NCBI RefSeq assembly: GCF_964355755.1
Contig: NC_092675.1
Coordinates: forward strand, 22,044,912-22,108,911
Origin: Antedon mediterranea
Lineage: Eukaryota; Animalia; Echinodermata
DNA: 64,000 nucleotides
Direction of reading: 5' to 3'
The notes beneath the pieces are model-generated. The model was not told where the DNA came from. It did no database searches and saw only the letters and a list, made by a program, of their open reading frames with translations. Positions within the stretch are counted from its first letter, which is position 1, and each line of letters opens with the position of its first letter. Position numbers and translations under genes: made by a program. Below are positions 1 through 15,000 of the stretch, in pieces.

Positions 1-31
1 TGACAATCTCAAAAAGCAATAACTTCCTTAG

Positions 32-3000
32 GTCAGAGTTGATGAGCAAAGAACTTCACTTCAGTTATGATGAAGGTCTTATTCAAACACTTTGTCCAGA
101 AGATGAGGAAAAATCATGGGTACTCAACTTTAAACGTGGTGTATTGTCTGCATTCCAAGGAACCTCACTTCAGGTCTTGTCCATGGAACCAGAAGGCCAG
201 ACAACATCAATGGAGGTAAGAAGATGTCTTAAATATGGCACTATCGAACAGCTCTCCATATTCAACAGTACCTTGATTTAACAATGCTCCATATCTTAAC
301 AGCGCTTTTATTTACAACACTCCTATTTATCTAGAATTTTACTACGCCCAATGTTAGTGTTCTGTCTTACAGCTGTCCCTATTTAAAAGCGCACTAATTA
401 TTTGCGATCTATTTAATAGTGTTTTTTATTTCAAAGCTATTCTATTTTACAATGCTCCATTTAACAATTTCAACTCAGTATTCCGGATGACTTATTGGAC
501 CACTTGTAGAACGAGTTTTATTATTTATAACTTATAATATTTGATTTATTATTGTTTGTTTGATACCTAGACTGATGTAACTGGTATCTGCCCAGTTGAC
601 CTTAAAAAGGTTGATGAGGGTGTAACTGTTAAGTCAAAGGACTTCATGGGATGTCAGAAACGTGGTGAGATTGATTCATCCGTCCAGGCAATACAACTTC
701 TACCTCATGCAGTGAGTAACACACCTAGCGTTTAGTAACTTGTTAAAACAACAATATAGTAATTGCTGTGTAGGGCTAGTTGCTACACTATTAAAGCCCC
801 TCATTGAACAACTAAAATATTGATAAATTAATTTAGAAAGAAACTAGATATTAAAACAACTATGTATTAAGGAATAAGTTAAATATATATATATATATCT
901 TACTATATCTGAAGGCAAATTACTAAAAACAAAAATGATATCAGTTGGTTACTGTAGATCTCAATGAATAAAAATATAAAAGGACTTTTCTGAAACATCT
1001 ACCATTATTAAGTCACTTGAATATTACATTTAATTTAAAACAGCCCACAATGAGTGTATTGAACAGCACTCAGATCTGTGAGCAACAATGGACAAGTCAG
1101 AGACTACAAAGAACCTTGTGTCGTGAGAAACACCTTGTTAAACCTTTTTCCAAAGGAGAAAGTGGCGCTGTTACCACCGTTGTACAAATCATGGAAATTT
1201 CCAACATTGTGAATGTTCCACAAAGATCTGATTGTAAGTATACTAAGCTTCTGACTTGCGATTTATTTATTTATTTACAATCTCATTCAACAGCGGGAAA
1301 CCCGCCACTTACAGAATGGAAAAATGACATAGGAACAGGTTAGGTCATGTTAATGTGAGTGCATGCAAAGAAGTTGGAAATTCTTTCACGCTCTCCTTGT
1401 CAGTTTTTGTAGTTTCTAAGTCCAATCAATAACTGATGACTCATCAATGCATAGGTCATAGGTCATCTGTTGACTTACATTTTAATGATTTAATTATACC
1501 TGTTAAGAAGGCTAGTTGATTTTTTCCCAATATTTTCTTATAAACTATTACTTACATATTTATTTCAGCACAAATCAACAGAAAAACCGATCTGCTCTTT
1601 GAACACATTGTTAAGGAAGATTCAATTGATGCTCAAGAGCTTGAAGCAACTCTCCAAGAGGTCTGCGATAACATCGATTCAGATATTGGCGCAGATGCAG
1701 CTGAAAGGTTCGCAAAAGTTGCTTTCCAAATGCGCAAGCTTGAGAAGGCATCACTTGCAGGTGTTGTGTCCAAGGTGATGAACAATGAGATTTGCGGTGA
1801 CAGTGCTTCATTGAGGTAAGAAAGGTCATTTTTTTTCATTGACCTATGGCCTGTGACCTATAACATGTATTATCAGTTGATCGAAAATTAAACGATAGAA
1901 AAACATAATAATTTGATAGATGCACATTTAATATTACAGTGCGGCTTTTAAGTAATAGGTAATTTTTTTACATGTGACCTATGACATATTTCTTGCATCC
2001 GTGATTACTCTTACCGCATTAAAATGTATTAACTATTGCTTGATTTTAGGAGATTTGTCATCGATGCCCTTCCAGTATGTGAGAGCACAGCATGTGTTGG
2101 CGTAATGACTGATCTTATTCGTTCTGAAGCAGTTGAACAAAAATTAATCGATACTTGGATAATGTCATTTGCATTCTTGAGACATCCATCTGTTGACATG
2201 GTCAATGACCTTACCGTACGTAGTGGCAAATTAACTTCAATACCCTGTACCATTTTTTTATTTCAAAAATCTAATTTGTTTTTGGCATTTAATTTTATGG
2301 AATATGGTTGGTTAGATGGCCATAGATAATTGACTATTTTAATTCAATATTAATTGATTTGTTGAATCATCTATTGATTTACATTTGTTTATATTTATTG
2401 GATCATCAACGTTTTGTCACTTATTTATAATTGTATTGTATCTACAGAACCTGTTAAGAGATAGAGATGATGACAAAGCCCTGTACCTTTCACTTTCTGC
2501 ATTGATTCATCAATTCTGTAGTGAAAATGAAAACTGTCTGGATTACACACCAGTACCAACTGCTCTTGAGTTCTTTGAACAAACACTTGGATTTGATTGT
2601 AATGCAAACACCGACGAGAAAAAATTCAAAGTACGTAATGAAAAACAATTAGTCAAATGATATACTAGCAATTCCACAATGTTGGAGCTGATACAGCAAA
2701 GCTCTTTAACCATATTAAAATATAAAAAGAAGAGGGAAATGCTTATTCACAAAGTCTTCACAATTCCAAGAATGGAGGAATTCCATGCTTCTGTTTTAGA
2801 TTAAATCAACTTTCAAGTCACAGCTGTTCATCTTCTTTTTTTCAATTTTATCTATAAAACTTTCTAATAATTTCTTAACTATTTGTATTTAGGTCATGCT
2901 AGCACTGAAGGCTCTTGGCAACTCTGGACAAGCTGTATCCGTCATCCCAACACTTGACCGATGCTTTGAACAGAAGTTAAACCCAATTGGTGTACGCATT

Positions 3001-6000
3001 GCAGCCATGGAAGCTCTTCGCCGCATTCCATGTGAAAAAGGAAATGTAAGTTTACTACTGAGTTTGGTGGTTACATGCTTCAATGGTCCTCACTTCAAAT
3101 CTTGACTTTAGTTCAGGACCTAGATTTGTCTATCATTAGGCCTACTTATGCCTAAAGTTCGGCTTAATTGGAAAGTGTTGATTCACCAACTCATTCCAGT
3201 TTTAAGTTATCTGAGAATACTTGTTCTATCACCAAACTATGGCCTATGTTGAACCGATATTATGGCTGTGGTTTGTAGTCTTAACCGCATAGCCACTGCC
3301 CTAGATTGGAATGTACTTTCTGATAGAAAAGAATATATAATACCTATATAACTATAGCAATATATGCTGTATTTTGTATACTGTACTGTATATAAACACA
3401 TTTCTTTTCTTTTCTTTAGCGTGACATCATGCTCAATATGTATAAAGACAAGAAAGAAGATAGTGAGATTAGAATTGAAGCATTCCGTGGTGCCATGAAA
3501 TGTCTTGATGCCAACATGATTCAAAAAGTTATAGAGCAAATGGAAATTGAGAAATCTGATCAAGGTAATTCAATATAAAATATCATCTTTAACTGCAATA
3601 TTTGTCATTAATTGTTGAAATTATTGTGAAGGACAGATTTTTTACACACATTCTATCTCAGTAACTTTTACAACAGCTGATAACATCTCTGTTTCCACAC
3701 TTATTTTTACATATACTGCCAGTTATATATAAATGTTATCTAACTGAGACGATTTAAATATTTTCTTTTAGTTGGTTCTTATGTATGGAGTTTCTTGAAG
3801 AACCTGAACACAACCTCAGACCCATTGAAACAGGATCATCGTGCAATTGTCCAAGAAAGTGGTGCACTCAAACGATTCCGCATGGACCCAAGAAAATTCT
3901 CCCGCAATATGGAACTTTCATTTTTCAATGGTTAGTAAAACTAATATTAATATACACTTATATGATTTTATATATTAAGATTCATACCAAAGTAGGTCTA
4001 TGTTCAATAATATCAATCATTCATTAACACCATTTTCCCCTGGAGCCACTCTTAACTCTGTTAAAGATCATAGGCATCTCTTTATTGTGATTAATGAAAT
4101 ATTGCTGTACTGTATGTCATTTTAAATGTTTAATTATGTAACCATGTAATATATTGGGATTTACAGATACTACTGGTTTTGGAGCCACCTTAGAGAGTGA
4201 TGTCATCTTCTCCTCCCAGTCCTTCATTCCTCGTCAAGTGTCTGTAGATTCTAAGATTGATCTCTTTGGATTCTCCATTGACCTTCTGGAGATTGGTGGC
4301 CGTGTAGAAGGAATTCAATACTTCCTTGAATCAATGGCTGGACCTGATGGTTTGTTAAAAGAAAATGGAATTATGGATCTTCTGATGGCTCCAGAAAGAC
4401 GTCAAAAGCGTGCAACCATTAGAGATAGCACATTGAACAATCTACTTGATAACGTGAGTACTATTAAGCAAAGCTCTAACATTGGAAGAATATTGATTTC
4501 AAAGCAATATTGTACATATAAATACATTAAATCCACCACTGGCTCCTACGGTTTTTCTCATTTGCAAGGAAACTATGGTGTTAAAACTGTGTATTTTAAA
4601 TCAGTTTAAATATGCTGGTCGTGACTTAAGCAAATGAGTTAATAAATTTCAGGCCTCTAATAATCCTTTCCTTTATTTTTCAGCTTGACATCCAGGCTGA
4701 AGACAAACTTCAGGGGTCTGTTTACTGGAAGATATTTGGAAATGAGCTTGGCTTTGCTGATTTGGCTAAATTGAAAGACTTCAATTTACAAAACCCATCC
4801 ACTGCTATGCTTCAGGTTAGTGTGTTTCTAAATTACTCATTTGTTTACTCATAATTGTGATTATCTTAATTGTTACCTTTACCATGAATGTCAACATGGC
4901 AGAAAACATGATTTGATAATCATGAAAACTTACCCAACAAAATTATTTGGAACCTGAATCCTCTTGTTTACAGAGGTGAGTATCATGCCCTTAGATCCTT
5001 ATGTAAATTGGTATAGTTATACTTTTAAATAAGAAAATTGTATCTATTATTAAGAATTTATAGATAAACGATATATTTCTTATTTGATTAATAGTTTGTA
5101 ATGGAGCTTGCAAAAGAGAAAGTCATGGAATACAGCAAGAACATGATGTTGTTGGAGATTACTACTTTTGTTCCATCTTGTGCTGGTGTTCCAATCAAGA
5201 TCTCTGTCAACGGCAGTGCCTCAGTCCAACTTAAGACTTCTGGAAAGATGGATGTCCGCCAATTAATGGTTGCCCCAAGAAGTTTAGATATTACTGGCAA
5301 GATTGAACCAAGGTAAATTTGATTAACAATTATTTACAGATAAACTAAAATTGTGAAAACATAGCTTCTTACCAAGAACACAATGAAATACACATTATAA
5401 TAAATTATTTATTTGTTTATATTATATTTGAATATTTGAAATAAAATGTCCATATACAGTGTATGTTAGCTAATGCTAAATGGACAATTTGTGAAATTGA
5501 AAATTGCTAATTTCGTTAATTTTGAACTTAGTGCAACTGTGGAGGTCAGTACCATTATGGAAACCGATTTTTTCGTTGCTCGAACCGGAGTTAAACACGT
5601 AGCTCGTGCTTACACCTCTACATCACTTGAGGGCAGTGTTGTTTTGGCCAACGGCAAGGCATTCAACCTTAATCTTAAGGTTCCAGAAAGACGTCTTAAC
5701 ATTGCAGATGTAAAGTAAGTTTGCTTAGATTTTGAAGAAGAAATTGTATTCATGATATCTAACTGTAGTTCTAGATTTATTAAACATAATTGGCGTGTAA
5801 GTGATCTCAAGTTTCTAAGTTCACTCTTAGATTTGGTCTGTAGGCCTACCTGGACCTGTAACCATAATAAGACTTAATTTTGAAGTCATTCAGACTTAAC
5901 TTTGAAGTCATTCAAAAGTATGGCTTTAAAGATACAAATTAGGAAGACATAAATTGATTTTTAGATTGTCAAACCAAACGTATATTATTTTCATTATTGC

Positions 6001-9000
6001 TTCAGATCAAATCTGTACTTGATCCGCATGGAAGAAGAGATGGAAATCCAAGGCAATCCAGATACCCAGATGGATTTGAACTTGTGTACTGGTTCAGATA
6101 TAGAGCAATATTTTGGTGTTGCTCTTTGTGCTGAGGCTAATTTCCCAAGCAGTATCATGAAAGTAAGTGTTAAGTATGTCCACTTTTTAGTGATAGTTAA
6201 GGGGTTAAAATGATTTTTTTACTGTAGTTTGTTTTGTACGTATTAAATTGATATCTTCACTAATTTATTATGTTGAAAGCTTCATCGCCATTTAAAAAAA
6301 TGAGGTCATAAGGTGCTACAAGATTAGTTACCATAATAGTGCAATAAAATGGATTTCTTCATATCAAATCATTAACCCTTATTTAGATATTACATGGTTG
6401 AAGATTAGATTTCTCTAAATTTACTGTATATATGTATTCTTAACCCACAGCCAAATGGCCCACGTTTCCCATTGTCTGGAAATGTTGATGTTGAAATCTA
6501 CTTGGAGAAGCGTGATGTATCTCTTACCGAATACAGAATGGAGGCTTCATACAAAAAGAAACAGGTATGGCAATTTATGTTACAAGAAAAAGAGCATTTT
6601 TACTTCTTTGGCATCATTTTCCTAATTATTATTTTTTATTATCTAATAAATGAAAGTACTATAAAATGTATACAAAACATTTTGAATTTCATTACAGACT
6701 GCAATTAATGACGAGGTGTTTGTTACTGATATTGTACATTTTATGGTTGGTACACCCGGTACAACCATTCTACGTACCTACTCACTTGACATGACATTAA
6801 ATCGTGCAGACAAGAACCTCACCATTGATATGGTAACACCAACCAAAACTGCCTCTCTTTCTGGTAAGTTGATACAGTGGAATTTCTATTATACATACTC
6901 CAAAGAAGGTAGTTAATACTCATAAATACTAAGTCACAGTTTAAAAAAAGATGTTTTAGTTACATTTTAGTTCATCTTTAATGTTAAATGTTACAGTATA
7001 GTGTGTAACACACATATTTTCATTGTTATACCCACTGTATGCCTATGCCTATATTTGCCACTGCATAAGGTACCTGTACCATTTTTTATTTTCAACTTCT
7101 TGTCATCAATAAAACTGATGAATTTGTATTCCTAATTGATTTAATTTTCTACTTACTTTAGCTGACTTGGTCAAAGATGAATTGATGCAGCAATTGGAAG
7201 TCCTTTTCTTTATTGATGATGCTCAAGTGATGAAGACTTTCTACAGCTTGAATATTCAACCAGACAAAGAAAACCAAAGAGTTAAATTCTCACCAATTGT
7301 CACCTTTGAATACAACTGTCAACAAGAAACCAAATCTTTCAGCCTTTCTGGAAGCGTTACCAAAGATTTAGGACAGAAACGCACCGAGATTGACCTAGTA
7401 TTTAACAAACCTTCTGAGAACCTTATCACTCTGTCAGGTATTATCATCATCATTTTTTATTCAAGTGGAATTTTTTTTTCACTCTTGTTCTTGTGTTCTC
7501 CATTTCTTTTTTAGTAATTTTTTCTACCAAAAATTATCTTATTTCATCCAATTTATTTCCATATTATAGACACCTTCTTGTCTAGTCTTCAAAGCTCTGA
7601 TAAAAGTTTCTTCTATTTCAATTTACTCATAAAAACAACTAATTCTTTCCCTCCTTAATCCTGATTAAATTACCAGTGCTATTTAAACATTTTAAAAAGT
7701 TTTCTATTTTGTTTTCTTTCAACTCATTAGGCAATGTACAGAAAAATATTGGTGAGGAAAAAACCTCGTATGTAACAGACTTGAATCTTGGTGGTCGCTA
7801 CATCACTGCTAGAATTGATGGAGAAATCGTCAAAAAGGGCAATAAATTGACTTCATCAGCTACTATTGAATATGTACCACGTAACCAAGACAGTCGTACC
7901 ATGAACTTTGCAATGAAGTTAACAAATAAAACAAATGATGTAGGTTTTTTTTTTATAAATTTTCAATTCCAACATTAAATGTATTTTGACACATATAATT
8001 CGTCAAAATAATTGTATGGATTAAATAAATTTTTACCTTTTGTAATCTGATTAAGAATTCTGGTAATTAAGTAAATTCAAATTTTATATCTAAAATATAA
8101 AACATATTTCTGCCCTTTCTTTAAGGGAATGTCTTTTATTTACATGAACTTTCCATTTTATCTCCAGGAATTCAGAGAATATGAGTTTATGACCAGTATG
8201 AGCTTCTCTCAGAATCCCAAATTTGACTTCCGCATCGACTCTAACACTAAATTCAATGCAATGCAGTCTGAAAGTTCTCACCGTCTCTGCTACAGTAATA
8301 TCGATTGTCAAGGAGATAAGTTCATTGCACTGGAGCACAACTTTGAACTAGCCAAGTCGGAAAACAATATTCAGAATGATCTTCAGCTTAATCTACGCAT
8401 CCCAGCCTTGGAAAAGAATTTCCAAATCACACAGTCTCTGACAAGAAACTTTGATAAACCATTGGATATCGTAATTGATCTTGAAGAGATTGTTTCAACT
8501 ACACTTCTTTTCCATACCAAACTTAACCTAAACTCTGAGGGAACCGAAACTTTACCAAGAGGATCATTGGTATTTGAGCTTTCCTGTCCATTGAGAGAAG
8601 GCAAATTTACGCAAACTTGGCAGAGAGTGTCTGAGAACAAAGTAACTGCTACCACAACTTTAAAAACAGAGGCTGATAAAGTTTCTTCAATGGCTATTAC
8701 TTGGGAGAAGATTGTAAAGGAAGATGATGACACTTACAAAAAGCATAGCATCGACATCGGCATTACCACACCTGATGAAACCGAGGTTGATATTGAATAC
8801 TACATTGAATTGACCAATGGGGAGATGACAACAGAGTTAACCACAAGAAAGAACCAAGAAAGAATTGTTTTCACAAAGTTGGAATTAGATGACTTGAGTG
8901 ATAGTCAAAAACTGAAAAAGGAACTAACCTTTACTTGCAATATTCCTGTCCTTGAATCATTGAAAGATGTTACTTGGGCGTCAGAATTTGAATACAAAAA

Positions 9001-12000
9001 CCAGACCTTGTTCAGCTTTGAGTCAACACTAACAGTCCTTCAGAATAAGTTTATCTTTAGTACCAACCTTCGCAATAAGACGACTGATGACAAAAAGCAT
9101 GGAGAATTTTCCATACGATTTGAAACACCAGAAAACCAATTTGAAGTATTTAGTTCTGCTAAACAACGTGGAAAGCTCACTTCTTTTGAAACATCTGTTA
9201 CTTTCACACCAGGAAATGAAGATGGTAAAACATTTGCTGTCAAACTGGACCACACCAATAAAACCAATGAGATGACAAAGGAACATCAAGTAATCTTTGC
9301 CCTAGAAGCTCCAGATCAGCGTGTTTCAAGTGATTTTATGTTTAGCTGTGCTGAGGGTGCTCTAACATCTGTGTTGTCTGTCACTTATGCTCCAGAAAAA
9401 ACCATCAGAAACAGCTTGGTTTTGAATACCAGAAACACAGAAACCGAAAAAGTACTAGACTTTGAGATGACTACTACAACACCAGAACGATCATTTGGCC
9501 TTGTATTTAACAATAGTATTGCAAGAAATAGAGTCAACCCACATCTTGAGATCTCTCTTACCACAGGCAATGTCTTCACAACTGATCTGGTCTATGAAAC
9601 TAAAAAGAATGGTGCCATCAAAGACATTGTTTGGATGTTTGATCTTCCTGAAGAAGAGAATGATGTCAAGTTGAGGACAATCTTGAGCAAGACTCCATCT
9701 GGTGTTGGCTTTGAATTTACTGTTACACAGGCTGATGCTGAGACAATGCAATTGAACTTTGACATGGTTCCAATGATTACTGAATCAGACAAACAATTTG
9801 ACATTGCTCTGAATATTGCTAATACCTATATTACTGGTTATGATGTGAATTTTGATCTTGTTTTTGCTCGGTTGAACAGAGGAGCAAGCAATTTGTTTGG
9901 TGCCAACATTACTGTTGATGGAGACCGGAAGGTAAGTTGTAGTCATTCTACAATTAGTTTGCAAATGAACATTAAACCCAGTGGTTTTGAATGATTTCCA
10001 ATTTACTATACCAGAAGATCAAAACAGATTACTGTAAAAAAAAGCTATACTTTAACATTTTTTATCAATTAAATAATTTACAAGAAATATTTCATTCATT
10101 CATATTATTTATTTATTCATTTTATTACAGATTGAGTTTGAGACAAGTATGAAAACACTTTATGCCAATCAATATCGTAAAAAGGTTCAATACCTATTCA
10201 AGAACAGGTTGCCACAGGTCACAGAAGCTCCACTTAGAAACATGATCTTCAATTTTACTTATGAAACTGAAAATGAGGATATTTCTCAATATATAAGTTT
10301 CTTGTACGGTGATCTTAGTGAAGATTATAAAATCTGTATGGAACACACCAACACTGACCAATACCTCGGTAAAAACCACAACATTCATAACGTTGTCCAC
10401 CTAAGACATCCATTTGTTGTTCCAAATATTCCTCAAGACATGGCAATGGATATCAGATCTGTGATTAATGCTATTGAGACCACCTCAACGGTAAATATGT
10501 ACTTTTTATTAGTTTAATTTTGATTTTGGAATGTGAATATTGTTTAGCACTTTTTCTACACAAATTCAAATTTAAATTGTTTAAATTTGTCAATTGAAAC
10601 ATTGCAAAAACGCTACACATTTTAAAAAGACAATTGAAAACATTTCAGTCAAACAGTTGTGTATATATATATAGTTGTTAAATGCATTCATGTTTTTATG
10701 TCAGGGTTAGCAAAATTAACTCAATACATTTTTTTATTTAATGTATTACTTTTAAATCCATAGATTATGTTTGTCAGAAATGATTTGACAACAACCGTCA
10801 CTACCCGATACAGAAACAAAACAAATGACAATAAAATTCATCACATGTCTGAAATTATTATCTCAAGACCTGATAAACATGTAAGTACTTTAAAACATAA
10901 GTTGTACTGTAGGAGGAAAAACTTTATTAGAAAGAGAATACTTATTATATTTAGAAGCTGAATTCGATATTCAATTTCTAAGCAATATTACTCTTCTTTT
11001 AGGATATCACAATTAAAGGTGTTGGCAAACTGTTCGATGGTAACACTATGTTCAGCACTGATATTGATGTAACATACAGCAGTGACAAAACAAAGGCCAT
11101 CAGTTTCAGTTTTGATTTAACTAACAACACAAATGTTGAATATACCAGTGATTACACCATGGGAATGGAAGTATTGCATTTGTTTAGTAACGTTGATGTA
11201 ACTTTAGCATGCTCTTTCACTAACAACACTGAACGTGGCAGTTTTGGATTGGAATCGCAAATTGCTATCGACGACGACTACATTCCAATTGCTTTTGAGG
11301 GAGAGTTCAACAAACTTTCACAGAAGTATGAGATCCATGTAAGAATTTATATTTTACTGTATTTTGTTTGTATTTTCTCGTATTACAATCTTGTTTACTT
11401 TACACAATTCTGTCAATAAAGATTGAAACCATATGCAAGATTGAAACCATAGGCAAGGTTGAAACAGATTTTCCACTTTTTTCATATAGATATTGAGCCA
11501 AATGAAAAGATGTCTTAAATATCTATTACACTAAAATCTTAATTTGGCTTATTTGTTGAAAACACAATATTTACTATGCTAGAATGAAAATTATGTGGAA
11601 TTTTTTTAATTTGTTTATAGACCAATGGACCAGTAAGAGAAATGTGGTTCCGAGGTCAGATCATCACTATTTCCGATGGTCATTACCGTCTGGATATGAC
11701 CAATCAATATGACGATAAAGTTATACCTAGTTACTTTGAATTGGACATGATCAGCAGACAGATTGAGTACAAACTTATGTTTGAAGGTGAGTTTTATTTT
11801 ATTGAGAATGAGCAAAGATCATACACAATCAATACAATTTTGCATGTCACATGTTAACACCAAAGGTTATGGAGCATCAATACATTATTAAGAGATTTCT
11901 TGCAAAAAATGATTATACCTTCCTATAACATCCAATATTTTTATTATTTGATATAACTTTATCTACTATTACATACTGTTTGAATTTTCAGAGGAAGGTG

Positions 12001-15000
12001 ATGATTACTGGAAGATAGTCATGGGTTACTATAATGACACTGCTCTTGAAGCTGACCTCACCAGAATGATCCAGGGACAACTTACAAATGATGCTCATAT
12101 GCGTGTTGTGCTCACCAGTCCAAAGGTTCTGAGAAACGAGATCCATTGGCGTCCAGAATGGATTGAAGAAATTAACGTAAGTGCTCTAGTTAATTTTTAG
12201 AAAAATGTATTATTTGTTTTATAAACATACATACTAATTTTTTCTGTTAATCTGCTATTTCCATCTAGAATTGAAAAGGCGACTCAAAATGTTAATAAAA
12301 GCCTGAGCGTACAGTAGTCACACAATCATTAAAATAATACATGGCATGTGATATGAAGTCAACCAATCAAATAGGTGTCTCATTAACATTGTACATTTTT
12401 ATAATTTAACACAATTTTTGTTTGTATAGGCTACCATTTCAAACAAAATCGAGAGGATTAACCGCTCTTTAGCTGGTAGATCCAGCGACATGAAGTCACG
12501 TATGGATAAGTTCAGACGTCGCTTGTATGATAGTATGATGGACTTTGTTCAAGAAAATGATGAATACAAGCAAATGTTAAATGAAATTAAACGGGATCTT
12601 GCAACAAAATTGTTTGTGTTTAAGAGTAAAATGTCAAGTCGTATCATACAAATAAATGTAAGCATATGAATATAAATAACACTTTCATTTTTGTTTTTTT
12701 CCTCATTTTTAATATGTTTCACATACATGTATTCATAATAGCATTTTTAATGTTGCATACAATTTAGTTCACAACTACCACTTTTGATCTTCTAACATTT
12801 TTCAAATGTTTACAGGAAAATATTAAAACAATGAAAGAAGATATTGCTCTCCAAATTATGCCATCACTTATGAAAATAAACAGTACTCTTCGCGAACTGA
12901 AGTCTGAGATTCAAGAGCTAAAGGAAGATCTCAAAATGAAAATACAATTGTGGACACAGGTGAGAAATATACATTGTAGTAGTTGATATGAAATGTATAA
13001 TGTAAATGTATTGTTGCAGACATCTAGCTATACCTCTCTAAATTGTTATCCATTTCTGTATAGAATGCCTTAGTCTCTCTTGAAAGTTACAAGGCACAGT
13101 TTGATGGACGTATGATTGGCGAGTTCAAGGCTTTTGGTGAATCGTATAAAATGAAGATGGCTAGCGATGTAGAATTGATCAAACAAGAATTGACAAATGC
13201 TACCATTGAAATAATGATTAGAGAGAAGATCCATTTTGAAACGTTGAAACTCAATATTCAAGCCAAAAAAGAAATAATCAGAGAAATGTTTGAAAACTTC
13301 ATTGTAAATATTAAAGGTAGCGTATCTTGCTTATTTTTTCTTTCCTGTTTTAGCAACATCGTCAGATTTCTTAAAATACAACCTAATTATTTTGTAGCCC
13401 ACTACTACATTTAGGGATAGACCTAGCCTAAACACAAGAAGTTTAAAAACACAGACAATTCTTAAAACCTAACTTTGCCACTAATGATTTAGAATTACCA
13501 ACAATAAACAATAATTATAAATAATAATAAATAAATAACAAATTGCTTACATTGAGATAACTAACTAAACTGATTGAGTTCTTGCTTTTATATTTCATAA
13601 GTAATAAATTGATGTTTGTTTTGTCCAGGTGCATTTAGAGAACGATTTGATGAGATGAAGTTGAACTTTGAAGATTCCACTTTCTACAATGACTTGATGA
13701 TCTTCGTAGAAGGTGTAAAGAACAATGAATTGGCTTCTGACATAATGGAAAGTGTTGCACAGTCTATGAATGAGATACAGAACTCAGAGGACCTCTTTTT
13801 GCTGAAGAATCTTTTGACCGAGCTTAGAGAATATAGAAGAGCACAAGCAAACAATACCAAAGTAAATAATCATTCAATTCAATAAATTGGGATTTCACTA
13901 AGCCTGGGCAAGACAGGGGACAGACAGCAACAGGTCAAATTAAGTAACAAAACATAGTTTTTAATTGTTTTAAACTAGTGTAATTACAAACAAGATTTAA
14001 GATTGACACTGACCAGAGCCTAGTTAGATTCTTTTAAATCTAAAAAATTTTAATATGCTGTGTTTCTTCGTCTGTAGAATTGTATTGCTACCTCACTGAT
14101 GGAAAAAGTAAAAGGATTCATTATTTTGAGATATGAAGATCTGAAAGAACAAATGTATGCAAAAGCACAGGAGTACAACAGCAGCACATACTTGCTAGAG
14201 AAACTTGACATCGAGAATGGTGAAATCATCTTCCTTCTTTTCCTTGAAGAAGAATGGCAAACTTTGACTCAATGGCCAGAGGTATACACACAAGGAGAAA
14301 AAATGGACGAATATGAAGGATACCAGTCATCTGTATATCGACGTCTAGGAGGCTACAAGAACAACCTTTTAGCAAAGGCAGCAGCTCAAAGGGAAATGCT
14401 CTTCAGTGACACGTATCTGCAGAGTCTTAAGGAACAGTGGGGTTCAGATTCTCTGAATGAGTATGTTGATCAGTACATACAGCAGTCTACTGAAGTATGG
14501 AGTTGGTTCTACATGGTCAAGAGACTTATCCAACCAAAGAACCTTATTCCACCATATCAAGGTATGTGCTATTTATCAAGGCATGCTGTTAAAATATAAT
14601 TATGAATGAATTAGTATTTTATCCAGAAAATGCTTTTAAATTCATAATTAATATACAGAATATTCTATAAATAAAGTTTTGTTTTATTAATATTCTTTGT
14701 CATTTCTGATGTTTTTTAGCATATGCCATGATGATGGGAACAGAACACTTCACCACCTTTGATAAATCGTACTTTGACTTCTCCAACAAATGCTCTTACA
14801 TATTGGCTAGTGATTTCATTGATGGAAACTTCAGTGTCATTGTGGATTATGACAGAGCAGAAAACACTGATTCCAGATCTATTGTTGTCAAAGTCGATGA
14901 TCAGACCATTGAAATCACTTCAGATTGGCAGGTATGTGTCTTTCTAGAAATGTACCTTTAAATAGCATAACCTTTTGTTAAAAGTAATAATTGATATATT

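Noticed and set aside
240-470. Degenerate ~17-bp repeats (att(t)a(a)ca..gct.c) in an intron
   Set aside because: Too degenerate and AT-rich to define a unit or function.
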